Shown: positions 42,775 to 58,300 of the stretch, piece by piece
How the letters are laid out: each line of letters opens with the position of its first letter
Numbering within the stretch: the stretch's first letter is position 1
Assembly: GCA_964016885.1 (NCBI GenBank)
Contig: OZ024741.1
Coordinates: forward strand, 404,922,001-404,986,000
DNA length: 64,000 bases
Source of the DNA: Eledone cirrhosa
Lineage: Eukaryota
Reading direction: 5' to 3'
Notes under the pieces: model-generated
Seen by the model: the letters and a program-made list of their open reading frames with translations, nothing else
Databases searched by the model: none
What the model was told of the DNA's origin: nothing
Translations under genes and position numbers: made by a program

Positions 42775-43860
42775 CTAGCAGTAAAGCCCGGCGTTGCTCG
42801 GGGTCGCTCAGTAGCTGTGTTAAAGTTACAATGTTAAGTTTCTTTCTTGGCTTAAAAACTGTAGTGTCTACTGTGCAGAATTGCATGTGGTGTTTTTGAT
42901 TAATATTCCCTCGACCAACAATATGCCTTATGAAGTTAAGAAAACATAACGATAACCCGAATGTTATAACAAAAGAGGATGCTGGGGATAGAAACTGCAC
43001 TGGTTATTTATTAACAAAGATCGAAAATGTAAACACTGCAACGCAGAGAAAAACAGCGTAACCAAATTATCAGTTATGTCTGTCTGCACGCCTATATCAC
43101 CTCTCTGCACGACTGTCTGTCTGCACGCCTATATCACCTCTCTGCACGACTGTCTGTCTGCACGCCTATATCACCTCTCTGCACGACTGTCTGTCTGCAC
43201 GCCAATATCACCTCTCTGCACGACTGTCTGTCTGCACGCCTATATCACCTCTCTGCACGACTGTCTGTCTGCACGCGTATATCACCTCTCTGCACGACTT
43301 TCTGTCTGCACGCGTATATCACCTCTCTGCACGACTGTCTGGCTGCACGCCTATATCACCTCTCTGCACGACTGTCTGTCTGCACGACTGTCTGTCTGCA
43401 CGCCTAACGAAATTTACAGATACATATATTTTAAATAAACTTATATAATTTTTGCTTTTTTTTACGAAATATTTGCTTGTTTTATGTAGTCTTTAAATAG
43501 ACTTGTTTTCAAGTAAAAATATTGTTTTAAAAGGCTTTTAAATGGAAATGAAGCAACTGTTCGTGTATTGTGTTAATGTCATTTTAAACGCTGAGAAAGC
43601 CAGTGTAATTTTTTACGTAAGACGGTCAATGTAAACAGAACAAAGGGAAATAACTGATCACTTACGCTCAAAAATCGATACATTATATTCGATTTCGTCA
43701 GATAGGGCGGGTCAATTTGAAATATTTTTTTTCCGATGTCTTCGCTAGGGGTCAATGTACAAGTATAGCAATTTCGGTGCAATTCCGTGAGAGATTCTAA
43801 GAGGAGATGTGTGCCAAAAATCGATAGACAGACAGACAACCTCAGCTTTATATATATAGA
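42775..43860 (-). mobile_element. Non-autonomous Helitron, 1086 bp
   Basis: Minus strand starts 5'-TCTATATATATAAAG and ends CCCGAGCAACGCCGGG hairpin-CTTTACTG-CTAG-3'. It sits between A and T with no TSD, and removing it restores ATAATGAA|TTGTGAC. Confidence 0.93.
43077..43405. repeat. 37-bp minisatellite (~8-9 copies) inside the Helitron
   Basis: Unit CTGTCTGTCTGCACGCCTATATCACCTCTCTGCACGA with a 37-bp period (43091, 43128, 43165...). Confidence 0.95.
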
Positions 43861-46800
43861 TTGTGACAACCTTCACAACTATTTTATAATTAATTTTTAC
43901 AGCTTTTCACAACTATTTTATAATTAATTTTGACAACCTTCACAACTATTTTATAATTAATTGTGACAACCTTCACAACTATTTTATAATTAATTTTTAC
44001 AGATTTTAAAACTATTTTATAATTAATTGTGACAACCTTCACAACTATTTTATAATTAATTGTGACAACCTTCACAACTATTTTATAATTAATTTTTACA
44101 GCTTTTCACAACTGTTTTATAATGAATTGTGACAACCTTCACAACTATTTTATAATTAATTTTTTCAGCTTTTCACAACTATTTTACAATGAACTGTGAC
44201 AACCATCACAACTATTTTATAATGAATTGTGACAACCTTCACAACTATTTTATAATGAATTGTGACAACCTTCACAACTATTTTATAATTAATTTTTACA
44301 GCTTTTCACAACTGTTTTATAATTAATTGTGACAAACTTCACAGCTATTTTATAATTAATTGTGACAACCTTCACAACTATTTTATAATTAATTGTGACA
44401 ACATTCACAACTATTTTATAATTAATTTTTAAAGATTTTCACAACTATTTTATAATTATTTGTGACAACCTTCACAACTATTTTATAATGAATTGTGACA
44501 ACATTCACAACTATTTTATAATTAATTTTTACAGCTTTTCAAAACTATTTTATAATTAATTGTGACAACCTTCACAACTATTTTATAATTCATTTTTACA
44601 GATTTTCATAACTATTTTATAATTAATTGTGACAACCTTCACAACTATTTTATAATTAATTGTGACAACCTTCACAACTATTTTATAATTAATTGTGACA
44701 ACCTTCACAACTATTTTATAATTAATTTTTACAGCTTTTCACAACTGTTTTATAATTAATTGTGACAACCTTCACAACTATTTTATAATTAATTTTTACA
44801 GCTTTTCACAACTATTTTATAATGAATTGTGACAACCTTCACAACTATTTTATAATTAATTTTTACAGCTTTTCACAACTATTTTATAATTAATTGTGAC
44901 AACCTTCACAACTATTTTATAATTAATTGTGACAACCTTCACAACTATTTTATAATTAATTTTTAAAGATTTTCACAACTATTTTATAATTATTTGTGAC
45001 AACCTTCACAACTATTTTATAATGAATTGTGACAACCTTCACAACTATTTTATAATTAATTTTTACAGCTTTTCACAACTATTTTATAATTAATTGTGAC
45101 AACCTTCACAACTATTTTATAATTCATTTTTACAGATTTTCATAACTATTTTATAATTAATTGTGACAACCTTCACAACTATTTTATAATTAATTGTGAC
45201 AACCTTCACAACTATTTTATAATTAATTGTGACAACTTTCACAACTATTTTATAATTAATTGTGACAACCTTCACAACTATTTTATAATTAATTTTTACA
45301 GCTTTTCACAACTGTTTTATAATTAATTGTGACAACCTTCACAACTATTTTATAATTAATTTTTACAGCTTTTCACAACTATTTTATAATGAATTGTGAC
45401 AACCTTCACAACTATTTTATAATTAATTTTTACAGCTTTTCACAACTATTTTATAATTAATTGTGACAACCTTCACAACAATTTTATAATTAATTTTTTC
45501 AGCTTTTCACAACTATTTTATAATGAACTGTGACAACCTTCACAACTATTTCATAATGAATTGTGACAACCTTCACAACTATTTTATAATGAATTGTGAC
45601 AACCTTCACAACTATTTTATAATTAATTTTTACAGCTTTTCACAACTATTTTATAATTAATTGTGACAAAATTCACAACTATTTTATAATTAATTGTGAC
45701 AACCTTCACAACTATTTTATAATTAATTGTGACAACCTTCACAACTATTTTATAATTAATTTTTACAGCTTTTCACAGCTGTTTTATAATTAATTGTGAC
45801 AACCTTCACAACTATTTTATAATTAATTTTTACAGCTTTTCACAACTATTTTATAATCAATTGTGACAACCTTCACAACTATTTTATAATTAATTTTTAC
45901 AGCTTTTCACGACTATTTTATAATTAATTGTGACAACCTTCACAACTATTTTATAGTTAATTTTTTCAGCTTTTCACAACTATTTTATAATGAACTGTGA
46001 CAACCTTCATAACTATTTTATAATGAATTGTGACAACCTTCACAACTATTTTATAATGAATTGTGACAACCTTCACAACTATTTTATAATTAATTTTTAC
46101 AGCTTTTCACAACTATTTTATAATTAATTGTGACAAACTTCACAACTATTTTATAATTAATTGTGACAACCTTCACAACTATTTTATAATTAATTGTGAC
46201 AAACTTCACAACTATTTTATAATTAATTGTGACAACCTTCACAACTATTTTATAATTAATTGTGACAACATTCACAACTATTTTATAATTAATTTTTAAA
46301 GATTTTCACAACTATTTTATAATTAATTGTGACAACCTTCACAACTATTTTATAATTAATTGTGACAACCTTCACAACTATTTTATAATTAATTTTTAAA
46401 GATTTTCACAACAATTTTATAATCAATTGTGACAACCTTCACAACTATTTTATAATTAATTTTTACAGCTTTTCACGACTATTTTATAATTAATTGTGAC
46501 AATCTTCACAACTATTTTATAATTAATTTTTTCAGCTTTTCACAACAATTTTATAATGAACTGTGACAACCTTCATAACTATTTTATAATGAATTCTGAC
46601 AACCTTCACAACTATTTTATAATGAATTGTGACAACCTTCACAACTATTTTATAATTAATTTTTACAGCTTTTCACAACTATTTTATAATTAATTGTGAC
46701 AAACTTCAAAACTATTTTATAATTAATTGTGACAACCTTCACAACTATTTTATAATTAATTGTGACAAACTTCACAACTATTTTATAATTAATTGTGACA

Positions 46801-49800
46801 ACCTTCACAACTATTTTATAATTAATTGTGACAACATTCACAACTATTTTATAATTAATTGTGACAACCTTCACAACTATTTTATAATTAATTTTTACAG
46901 CTTTTCACAACTGTTTTATAATGAATTGTGACAACCTTCACAACTATTTTATAATTAATTTTTACAGCTTTTCACAACTATTTTATAATTAATTGTGACA
47001 ACCTTCACAACTATTTTATAATTAATTTTTTCAGCTTTTCACAACTATTTTACAATGAACTGTGACAACCATCACAACTATTTTATAATGAATTGTGACA
47101 ACCTTCACAACTATTTTATAATGAATTGTGACAACCTTCACAACTATTTTATAATTAATTTTTACAGCTTTTCACAACTGTTTTATAATTAATTGTGACA
47201 AACTTCACAACTATTTATAATTAATTGTGACAACCTTCACAACTATTTTATAATTAATTGTGACAACATTCACAACTATTTTATAATTAATTTTTAAAGA
47301 TTTTCACAACTATTTTATAATTATTTGTGACAACCTTCACAACTATTTTATAATGAATTGTGACAACCTTCACAACTATTTTATAATTAATTTTTACAGC
47401 TTTTCACAACTATTTTATAATTAATTGTGACAACCTTCACAACTATTTTATAATTCATTTTTACAGATTTTCATAACTATTTTATAATTAATTGTGACAA
47501 CCTTCACAACTATTTTATAATTAATTGTGACAACCTTCACAACTATTTTATAATTAATTTTTACAGCTTTTCACAACTGTTTTATAATTAATTGTGACAA
47601 CCTTCACAACTATTTTATAATTAATTTTTACAGCTTTTCACAACTATTTTATAATTAATTGTGACAACCTTCACAACTATTTTATAATTCATTTTTACAG
47701 ATTTTCATAACTATTTTATAATTAATTGTGACAACCTTCACAACTATTTTATAATTAATTGTGACAACCTTCACAACTATTTTATAATTAATTGTGACAA
47801 CCTTCACAACTATTTTATAATTAATTGTGACAACCTTCACAACTATTTTATAATTAATTTTTACAGCTTTTCACAACTGTTTTATAATTAATTGTGACAA
47901 CCTTCACAACTATTTTATAATTAATTTTTACAGCTTTTCACAACTATTTTATAATGAATTGTGACAACCTTCACAACTATTTTATAATTAATTTTTACAG
48001 CTTTTCACAACTATTTTATAATTAATTGTGACAACCTTCACAACAATTTTATATTTAATTTTTTCAGCTTTTCACAACTATTTTATAATGAACTGTGACA
48101 ACCTTCACAACTATTTCATAATGAATTGTGACAACCTTCACAACTATTTTATAATGAATTGTGACAACCTTCACAACTATTTTATAATTAATTTTTACAG
48201 CTTTTCACAACTATTTTATAATTAATTGTGACAACCTTCACAACTATTTTATAATTAATTGTGACAACCTTCACAACTATTTTATAATTAATTGTGACAA
48301 CCTTCACAACTATTTTATAATTAATTTTTACAGCTTTTCACAGCTGTTTTATAATTAATTGTGACAACCTTCACAACTATTTTATAATTAATTTTTACAG
48401 CTTTTCACAACTATTTTATAATCAATTGTGACAACCTTCACAACTATTTTATAATTAATTTTTACAGCTTTTCACGACTATTTTATAATTAATTGTGACA
48501 ACCTTCACAACTATTTTATAGTTAATTTTTTCAGCTTTTCACAACTATTTTATAATGAACTGTGACAACCTTCGTAACTATTTTATAATGAATTGTGACA
48601 ACCTTCACAACTATTTTATAATGAATTGTGACAACCTTCACAACTATTTTATAATTAATTTTTACAGCTTTTCACAACTATTTTATAATTAATTGTGACA
48701 AACTTCACAACTATTTTATAATTAATTGTGACAACCTTCACAACTATTTTATAATTAATTGTGACAAACTTCACAACTATTTTATAATTAATTGTGACAA
48801 CCTTCACAACTATTTTATAATTAATTGTGACAACATTCACAACTATTTTATAATTAATTTTTAAAGATTTTCACAACTATTTTATAATTAATTGTGACAA
48901 CCTTCACAACTATTTTATAATTAATTGTGACAACCTTCACAACTATTTTATAATTAATTTTTAAAGATTTTCACAACTATTTTATAATCAATTGTGACAA
49001 CCTTCACAACTATTTTATAATTAAATTTTACAGCTTTTCACGACTATTTTATAATTAATTGTGACAATCTTCACAACTATTTTATAATTAATTTTTTCAG
49101 CTTTTCACAACAATTTTATAATGAACTGTGACAACCTTCATAACTATTTTATAATGAATTGTGACAACCTTCACAACTATTTTATAATGAATTGTGACAA
49201 CCTTCACAACTATTTTATAATTAATTTTTACAGCTTTTCACAACTATTTTATAATTAATTGTGACAAACTTCAAAACTATTTTATAATTAATTGTGACAA
49301 CCTTCACAACTATTTTATAATTAATTGTGACAAACTTCACAACTATTTTATAATTAATTGTGACAACCTTCACAACTATTTTATAATTAATTGTGACAAC
49401 ATTCACAACTATTTTATAATTAATTGTGACAACCTTCACAACGCTTTTATAATTAATTTTTACAGCTTTTCACAACTGTTTTATAATGAATTGTGACAAC
49501 CTTCACAACTATTTTATAATTAATTTTTACAGCTTTTCACAACTATTTTATAATTAATTGTGACAACCTTCACAACTATTTTATAATTAATTTTTTCAGC
49601 TTTTCACAACTATTTTACAATGAACTGTGACAACCATCACAACTATTTTATAATGAATTGTGACAACCTTCACAACTATTTTATAATGAATTGTGACAAC
49701 CTTCACAACTATTTTATAATTAATTTTTACAGCTTTTCACAACTGTTTTATAATTAATTGTGACAAACTTCACAACTATTTATAATTAATTGTGACAACC

Positions 49801-52800
49801 TTCACAACTATTTTATAATTAATTGTGACAACATTCACAACTATTTTATAATTAATTTTTAAAGATTTTCACAACTATTTTATAATTATTTGTGACAACC
49901 TTCACAACTATTTTATAATTAATTGTGACAACCTTCACAACTATTTTATAATTAATTGTGACAACCTTCACAACTATTTTATAATTAATTGTGACAACCT
50001 TCACAACTATTTTATAATTAATTTTTACAGCTTTTCACAGCTGTTTTATAATTAATTGTGACAACCTTCACAACTATTTTATAATTAATTTTTACAGCTT
50101 TTCACAACTATTTTATAATCAATTGTGACAACCTTCACAACTATTTTATAATTAATTTTTACAGCTTTTCACGACTATTTTATAATTAATTGTGACAACC
50201 TTCACAACTATTTTATAATTAATTTTTTCAGCTTTTCACAACTATTTTATAATGAACTGTGACAACCTTCATAACTATTTTATAATGAATTGTGACAACC
50301 TTCACAACTATTTTATAATGAATTGTGACAACCTTCACAACTATTTTATAATTAATTTTTACAGCTTTTCACAACTATTTTATAATTAATTGTGACAAAC
50401 TTCACAACTATTTTATAATTAATTGTGACAACCTTCACAACTATTTTATAATTAATTGTGACAAACTTCACAACTATTTTATAATTAATTGTGACAACCT
50501 TCACAACTATTTTATAATTAATTGTGACAACATTCACAACTATTTTATAATTAATTTTTAAAGATTTTCACAACTATTTTATAATTAATTGTGACAACCT
50601 TCACAACTATTTTATAATTAATTGTGACAACCTTCACAACTATTTTATAATTAATTTTTAAAGATTTTCACAACTATTTTATAATTAATTGTGACAACCT
50701 TCACAACTATTTTATAATGAATTGTGACAACCTTCACAACTATTTTATAATTAATTTTTACAGCTTTTCACAACTATTTTATAATTAATTGTGACAACCT
50801 TCACAACTATTTTATAATGAATTGTGACAACCTTCACAACTATTTTATAATTAATTTTTTCAGCTTTTCACAACTATTTTATAATTAATTGTGACAAACT
50901 TCACAACTATTTTATAATTAATTGTGACAACCTTAACAATTATTTTATAATTAATTGTGACAACATTCACAACTATTTTATAATTAATTTTTACAGATTT
51001 TTACAACTATTTTATAATTAATTGTGACAACCTTCACAACTATTTTATAATTAATTGTGACAACCTTCACAACTATTCTATAATGAATTGTTACAACCTT
51101 CACAACTATTTTATAATTAATTTTTACAGCTTTTCACAACTATTTTATAATTAATTGTGACAAAATTCACAACTATTTTATAATTAATTGTGACAACCTT
51201 CACAACTATTTTATAATTAATTGTGACAACCTTCACAACTATTTTATAATTAATTTTTACAGCTTTTCACAACTGTTTTATAATTAATTGTGACAACCTT
51301 CACAACTATTTTATAATTAATTTTTACAGCTTTTCACAACTATTTTATAATCAATTGTGACAACCTTCACAACTATTTTATAATTAATTTTTACAGCTTT
51401 TCACGACTATTTTATAATGAACTGTGACAACCTTCATAACTATTTTATAATGAATTGTGACAACCTTCACAACTATTTTATAATGAATTGTGACAACCTT
51501 CACAACTATTTTATAATTAATTTTTACAGCTTTTCACAACTATTTTATAATTAATTGTGACAAACTTCACAACTATTTTATAATTAATTGTGACAACCTT
51601 CACAACTATTTTATAATTAATTGTGACAAACTTCACAACTATTTTATAATTAATTGTGACAACCTTCACAACTATTTTATAATTAATTGTGACAACATTC
51701 ACAACTATTTTATAATTAATTTTTAAAGATTTTCACAACTATTTTATAATTAATTGTGACAACCTTCACAACTATTTTATAATTAATTGTGACAACCTTC
51801 ACAACTATTTTATAATTAATTTTTAAAGATTTTCACAACTATTTTATAATTAATTGTGACAACCTTCACAACTATTTTATAATGAATTGTGACAACCTTC
51901 ACAACTATTTTATAATTAATTTTTTCAGCTTTTCACAACTATTTTATAATTAATTGTGACAACCTTCACAACTATTTTATAATGAATTGTGACAACCTTC
52001 ACAACTATTTTATAATGAATTGTGACAACCTTCACAACTATTTTATAATTAATTTTTACAGCTTTTCACAACTATTTTATAATTAATTGTGACAACCTTC
52101 ACAACTATTTTATAATGAATTGTGACAACCTTCACAACTATTTTATAATTAATTTTTTCAGCTTTTCACAACTATTTTATAATTAATTGTGACAAACTTC
52201 ACAACTATTTCATAATTAATTGTGACAACCTTCACAATTATTTTATAATTAATTGTGACAACATTCACAACTATTTTATAATTAATTTTTACAGATTTTT
52301 ACAACAATTTTATAATTAATTGTGACAACCTTCACAACTATTTTATAATTAATTGTGACAACCTTCACAACTATTTTATAATGAATTGTGACAACCTTCA
52401 CAACTATTTTATAATTAATTTTTACAGCTTTTCACAATTATTTTATAATTAATTGTGACAACCTTCACAACTATTTTATAATTAATTTTTACAGATTTTC
52501 ACAACTATTTTATAATTAATTGTGACAACCTTCACAACTATTTTATAATTAATTGTGACAACCTTCACAATTTTTTTATAATTAATTTTTACAGCTTTTC
52601 ACAACTGTTTTATAGTTAATTGTGACAACCTTCACAACTATTTTATAATTAATCTTTACAACTTTCCACAACTATTTTATAATGAATTGTGACAACCTTC
52701 ACAACTATTTTATAATTAATTTTTACAGCTTTTCACAACTATTTTATAATTAATTGTGACAACCTTCACAACTATTTTATAATTAATTTTTTCAGCTTTT

Positions 52801-55216
52801 CACAACTATTTTATAATGAATTGTGACAACCTTCACAACTATTTTATAATGAATTGTGACAACCTTCACAACTATTTTATAATTAATTGTGACAACCTTC
52901 ACAACTATTTTATAATGAATTGTGACAACCTTCACAACTATTTTGTAATGAATTGTGACAACCTTCACAACTATTTTATAATTAATTGTGACAACCTTCA
53001 CAACTATTTTATAATTAATTGTGACAACATTCACAACTATTTTATAATTAATTTTTACAGATTGTCACAACTATTTTATAATTAATTGTGACAACCTTCA
53101 CAACTATTTTATAATTAATTGGGACAATCTTCACAACTATTTTATAATTAATTTTTAAAGATTTTCACAACTATTTTATAATTATTTGTGACAACCTTCA
53201 CAACTATTTTATAATGAATTGTGACAACCTTCACAACTATTTTATAATTAATTTTTACAGCTTTTCACAACTATTTTATAATTAATTGTGACAACCTTCA
53301 CAACTATTTTATAATTAATTTTTACAGATTTTCATAACTATTTTATAATTAATTGTGACAACCTTCACAACTATTTTATAATTAATTGTGACAACCTTCA
53401 CAACTATTTTATAATTAATTTTTACAGCTTTTCACAACTGTTTCATAATTAATTGTGACAACATTCACAACTATTTTATAATTAATTTTTACAGCTTTTC
53501 ACAACTATTTTATAATGAATTGTGACAACCTTCACAACTATTTTATAATTAATTTTTACAGCTTTTCACAACTATTTTATAATTAATTGTGACAACCTTC
53601 ACAACTATTTTATAATTAATTTTTTCAGCTTTTCACAACTATTTTATAATGAACTGTGACAACCTTCACAACTATTTCATAATGAATTGTGACAACCTTC
53701 ACAACTATTTTATAATGAATTGTGACAACCTTCACAACTATTTTATAATTAATTTTTACAGCTATTCGCAACTATTTTATAATTAATTGTGACAAAATTC
53801 ACAACTATTTTATAATTAATTGTGACAACCTTCACAACTATTTTATAATTAATTGTGACAACCTTCACAACTATTTTATAATTAATTTTTACAGCTTTTC
53901 ACAACTGTTTTATAATTAATTGTGACAACCTTCACAACTATTTTATAATTAATTTTTACAGCTTTTCACAACTATTTTATAATGAATTGTGACAACCTTC
54001 ACAACTATTTTATAATTAATTTTTACAGATTTTCACAACTATTTTATAATGAATTGTGACAACCTTCACAACTATTTTATAATGAATTGTGACAACCTTC
54101 ACAACTATTTTATAATTAATTGTGACAACCTTCACAACTATTTTATAATGAATTGTGACAACCTTCACAACTATTTTGTAATGAATTGTGACAACCTTCA
54201 CAACTATTTTATAATTAATTGTGACAACCTTCACAACTATTTTATAATTAATTGTGACAACATTCACAACTATTTTATAATTAATTTTTACAGATTGTCA
54301 CAACTATTTTATAATTAATTGTGACAACCTTCACAACTATTTTATAATTAATTGGGACAATCTTCACAACTATTTTATAATTAATTTTTAAAGATTTTCA
54401 CAACTATTTTATAATTATTTGTGACAACCTTCACAACTATTTTATAATGAATTGTGACAACCTTCACAACTATTTTATAATTAATTTTTACAGCTTTTCA
54501 CAACTATTTTATAATTAATTGTGACAACCTTCACAACTATTTTATAATTAATTTTTACAGATTTTCATAACTATTTTATAATTAATTGTGACAACCTTCA
54601 CAACTATTTTATAATTAATTGTGACAACCTTCACAACTATTTTATAATTAATTTTTACAGCTTTTCACAACTGTTTCATAATTAATTGTGACAACATTCA
54701 CAACTATTTTATAATTAATTTTTACAGCTTTTCACAACTATTTTATAATGAATTGTGACAACCTTCACAACTATTTTATAATTAATTTTTACAGCTTTTC
54801 ACAACTATTTTATAATTAATTGTGACAACCTTCACAACTATTTTATAATTAATTTTTTCAGCTTTTCACAACTATTTTATAATGAACTGTGACAACCTTC
54901 ACAACTATTTCATAATGAATTGTGACAACCTTCACAACTATTTTATAATGAATTGTGACAACCTTCACAACTATTTTATAATTAATTTTTACAGCTATTC
55001 GCAACTATTTTATAATTAATTGTGACAAAATTCACAACTATTTTATAATTAATTGTGACAACCTTCACAACTATTTTATAATTAATTGTGACAACCTTCA
55101 CAACTATTTTATAATTAATTTTTACAGCTTTTCACAACTGTTTTATAATTAATTGTGACAACCTTCACAACTATTTTATAATTAATTTTTACAGCTTTTC
55201 ACAACTATTTTATAAT

Positions 55217-55393
55217 TGTTTCTACTTTTGGCACAAGGCCAGCAATTACCCAGTGCATTACTGGTACTTTATTTTATCGACCCCGTAAGGATGAAAGGCA
55301 AAGTCAACCTCGGCGGGATTTGAACTCAGATCGTAAAGGGACGTAACTATGCTGGAAAGCATGGCGTCCGACCCTCTACCGATACTGCCAATC
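55217..55393 (-). mobile_element. Young tRNA-derived SINE inserted in the satellite with a 17-bp TSD
   Basis: Flanked by CACAACTATTTTATAAT at 55200-55216 and 55394-55410. Minus strand reads GATTGGCAGTATCGGTAGAG..GAGTTCAAATCCCGCCGAGGTTGACTTTGCCTTTCATCCTTACGGGGTCGATAAAATAAAGTACC. Confidence 0.95.
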
Positions 55394-58300
55394 CACAACT
55401 ATTTTATAATGAATTGTGACAACCTTCACAACTATTTTATAATTAATTTTTACAGATTTTCACAACTATTTTATAATTAATTGTGACAACCTTCACAACT
55501 ATTTTATAATTAATTTTTTCAGCTTTTCACAACTATTTTATAATGAACTGTGACAACCTTCATAACTATTTTATAATGAATTGTGACAACCTTCACAACT
55601 ATTTTATAATGAATTGTGACAACCTTCACAACTATTTTATAATTAATTTTTACAGCTTTTCACAACTATTTTATAATTAATTGTGACAAACTTCACAACT
55701 ATTTTATAATGAATTGTGACAACCTTCACAACTATTTTATAATTAATTTTTACAGCTTTTCACAACTATTTTATAATTAATTGTGACAAACTTCACAACT
55801 ATTTTATAATTAATTGTGACAACCTTCACAATTATTTTATAATTAATTGTGACAACATTCACAACTATTTTATAATTAATTTTTACAGATTTTTACAACT
55901 ATTTTATAATTAATTGTGACAACCTTCACAACTATTTTATAATTAATTGTGACAACCTTCACAACTATTTTATAATTAATTTTTTACAGATTTTCACAAC
56001 TATTTTATAATTAATTGTGACAACCTTCACAACTATTTTATAATTAATTGTGACAACATTCACAACTATTTTATAATTAATTTTTAAAGATTTTCACAAC
56101 TATTTTATAATTAATTGTGACAACCTTCACAACTATTTTATAATGAATTGTGACAACCTTCACAACTATTTTATAATGAATTGTGACAACCTTCACAACT
56201 ATTTTATAATTAATTTTTACAGCTTTTCACAACTATTTTATAATTAATTGTGACAACCTTCACAACTATTTTATAATGAATTGTGACAACCTTCACAACT
56301 ATTTTATAATTAATTTTTTCAGCTTTTCACAACTATTTTATAATTAATTGTGACAAACTTCACAACTATTTTATAATTAATTGTGACAACCTTCACAATT
56401 ATTTTATAATTAATTGTGACAACATTCACAACTATTTTATAATTAATTTTTACAGATTTTTACAACTATTTTATAATTAATTGTGACAACCTTCACAACT
56501 ATTTTATAATTAATTGTGACAACCTTCACAACTATTTTATAATGAATTGTGACAACCTTCACAACTATTTTATAATTAATTTTTACAGCTTTTCACAATT
56601 ATTTTATAATTAATTGTGACAACCTTCACAACTATTTTATAATTAATTTTTACAGATTTTCACAACTATTTTATAATTAATTGTGACAACCTTCACAACT
56701 ATTTTATAATTAATTGTGACAACCTTCACAACTATTTTATAATTAATTTTTACAGCTTTTCACAACTGTTTTATAGTTAATTGTGACAACCTTCACAACT
56801 ATTTTATAATTAATCTTTACAACTTTCCACAACTATTTTATAATGAATTGTGACAACCTTCACAACTATTTTATAATTAATTTTTACAGCTTTTCACAAC
56901 TATTTTATAATTAATTGTGACAACCTTCACAACTATTTTATAATTAATTTTTTCAGCTTTTCACAACTATTTTATAATGAATTGTGACAACCTTCACAAC
57001 TATTTTATAATGAATTGTGACAACCTTCACAACTATTTTATAATTAATTGTGACAACCTTCACAACTATTTTATAATGAATTGTGACAACCTTCACAACT
57101 ATTTTGTAATGAATTGTGACAACCTTCACAACTATTTTATAATTAATTGTGACAACCTTCACAACTATTTTATAATTAATTGTGACAACATTCACAACTA
57201 TTTTATAATTAATTTTTACAGATTGTCACAACTATTTTATAATTAATTGTGACAACCTTCACAACTATTTTATAATTAATTGGGACAATCTTCACAACTA
57301 TTTTATAATTAATTTTTAAAGATTTTCACAACTATTTTATAATTATTTGTGACAACCTTCACAACTATTTTATAATGAATTGTGACAACCTTCACAACTA
57401 TTTTATAATTAATTTTTACAGCTTTTCACAACTATTTTATAATTAATTGTGACAACCTTCACAACTATTTTATAATTAATTTTTACAGATTTTCATAACT
57501 ATTTTATAATTAATTGTGACAACCTTCACAACTATTTTATAATTAATTGTGACAACCTTCACAACTATTTTATAATTAATTTTTACAGCTTTTCACAACT
57601 GTTTCATAATTAATTGTGACAACATTCACAACTATTTTATAATTAATTTTTACAGCTTTTCACAACTATTTTATAATGAATTGTGACAACCTTCACAACT
57701 ATTTTATAATTAATTTTTACAGCTTTTCACAACTATTTTATAATTAATTGTGACAACCTTCACAACTATTTTATAATTAATTTTTTCAGCTTTTCACAAC
57801 TATTTTATAATGAACTGTGACAACCTTCACAACTATTTCATAATGAATTGTGACAACCTTCACAACTATTTTATAATGAATTGTGACAACCTTCACAACT
57901 ATTTTATAATTAATTTTTACAGCTATTCGCAACTATTTTATAATTAATTGTGACAAAATTCACAACTATTTTATAATTAATTGTGACAACCTTCACAACT
58001 ATTTTATAATTAATTGTGACAACCTTCACAACTATTTTATAATTAATTTTTACAGCTTTTCACAACTATTTTATAATGAATTGTGACAACCTTCACAACT
58101 ATTTTATAATTAATTTTTACAGATTTTCACAACTATTTTATAATTAATTGTGACAACCTTCACAACTATTTTATAATTAATTTTTTCAGCTTTTCACAAC
58201 TATTTTATAATGAACTGTGACAACCTTCATAACTATTTTATAATGAATTGTGACAACCTTCACAACTATTTTATAATGAATTGTGACAACCTTCACAACT

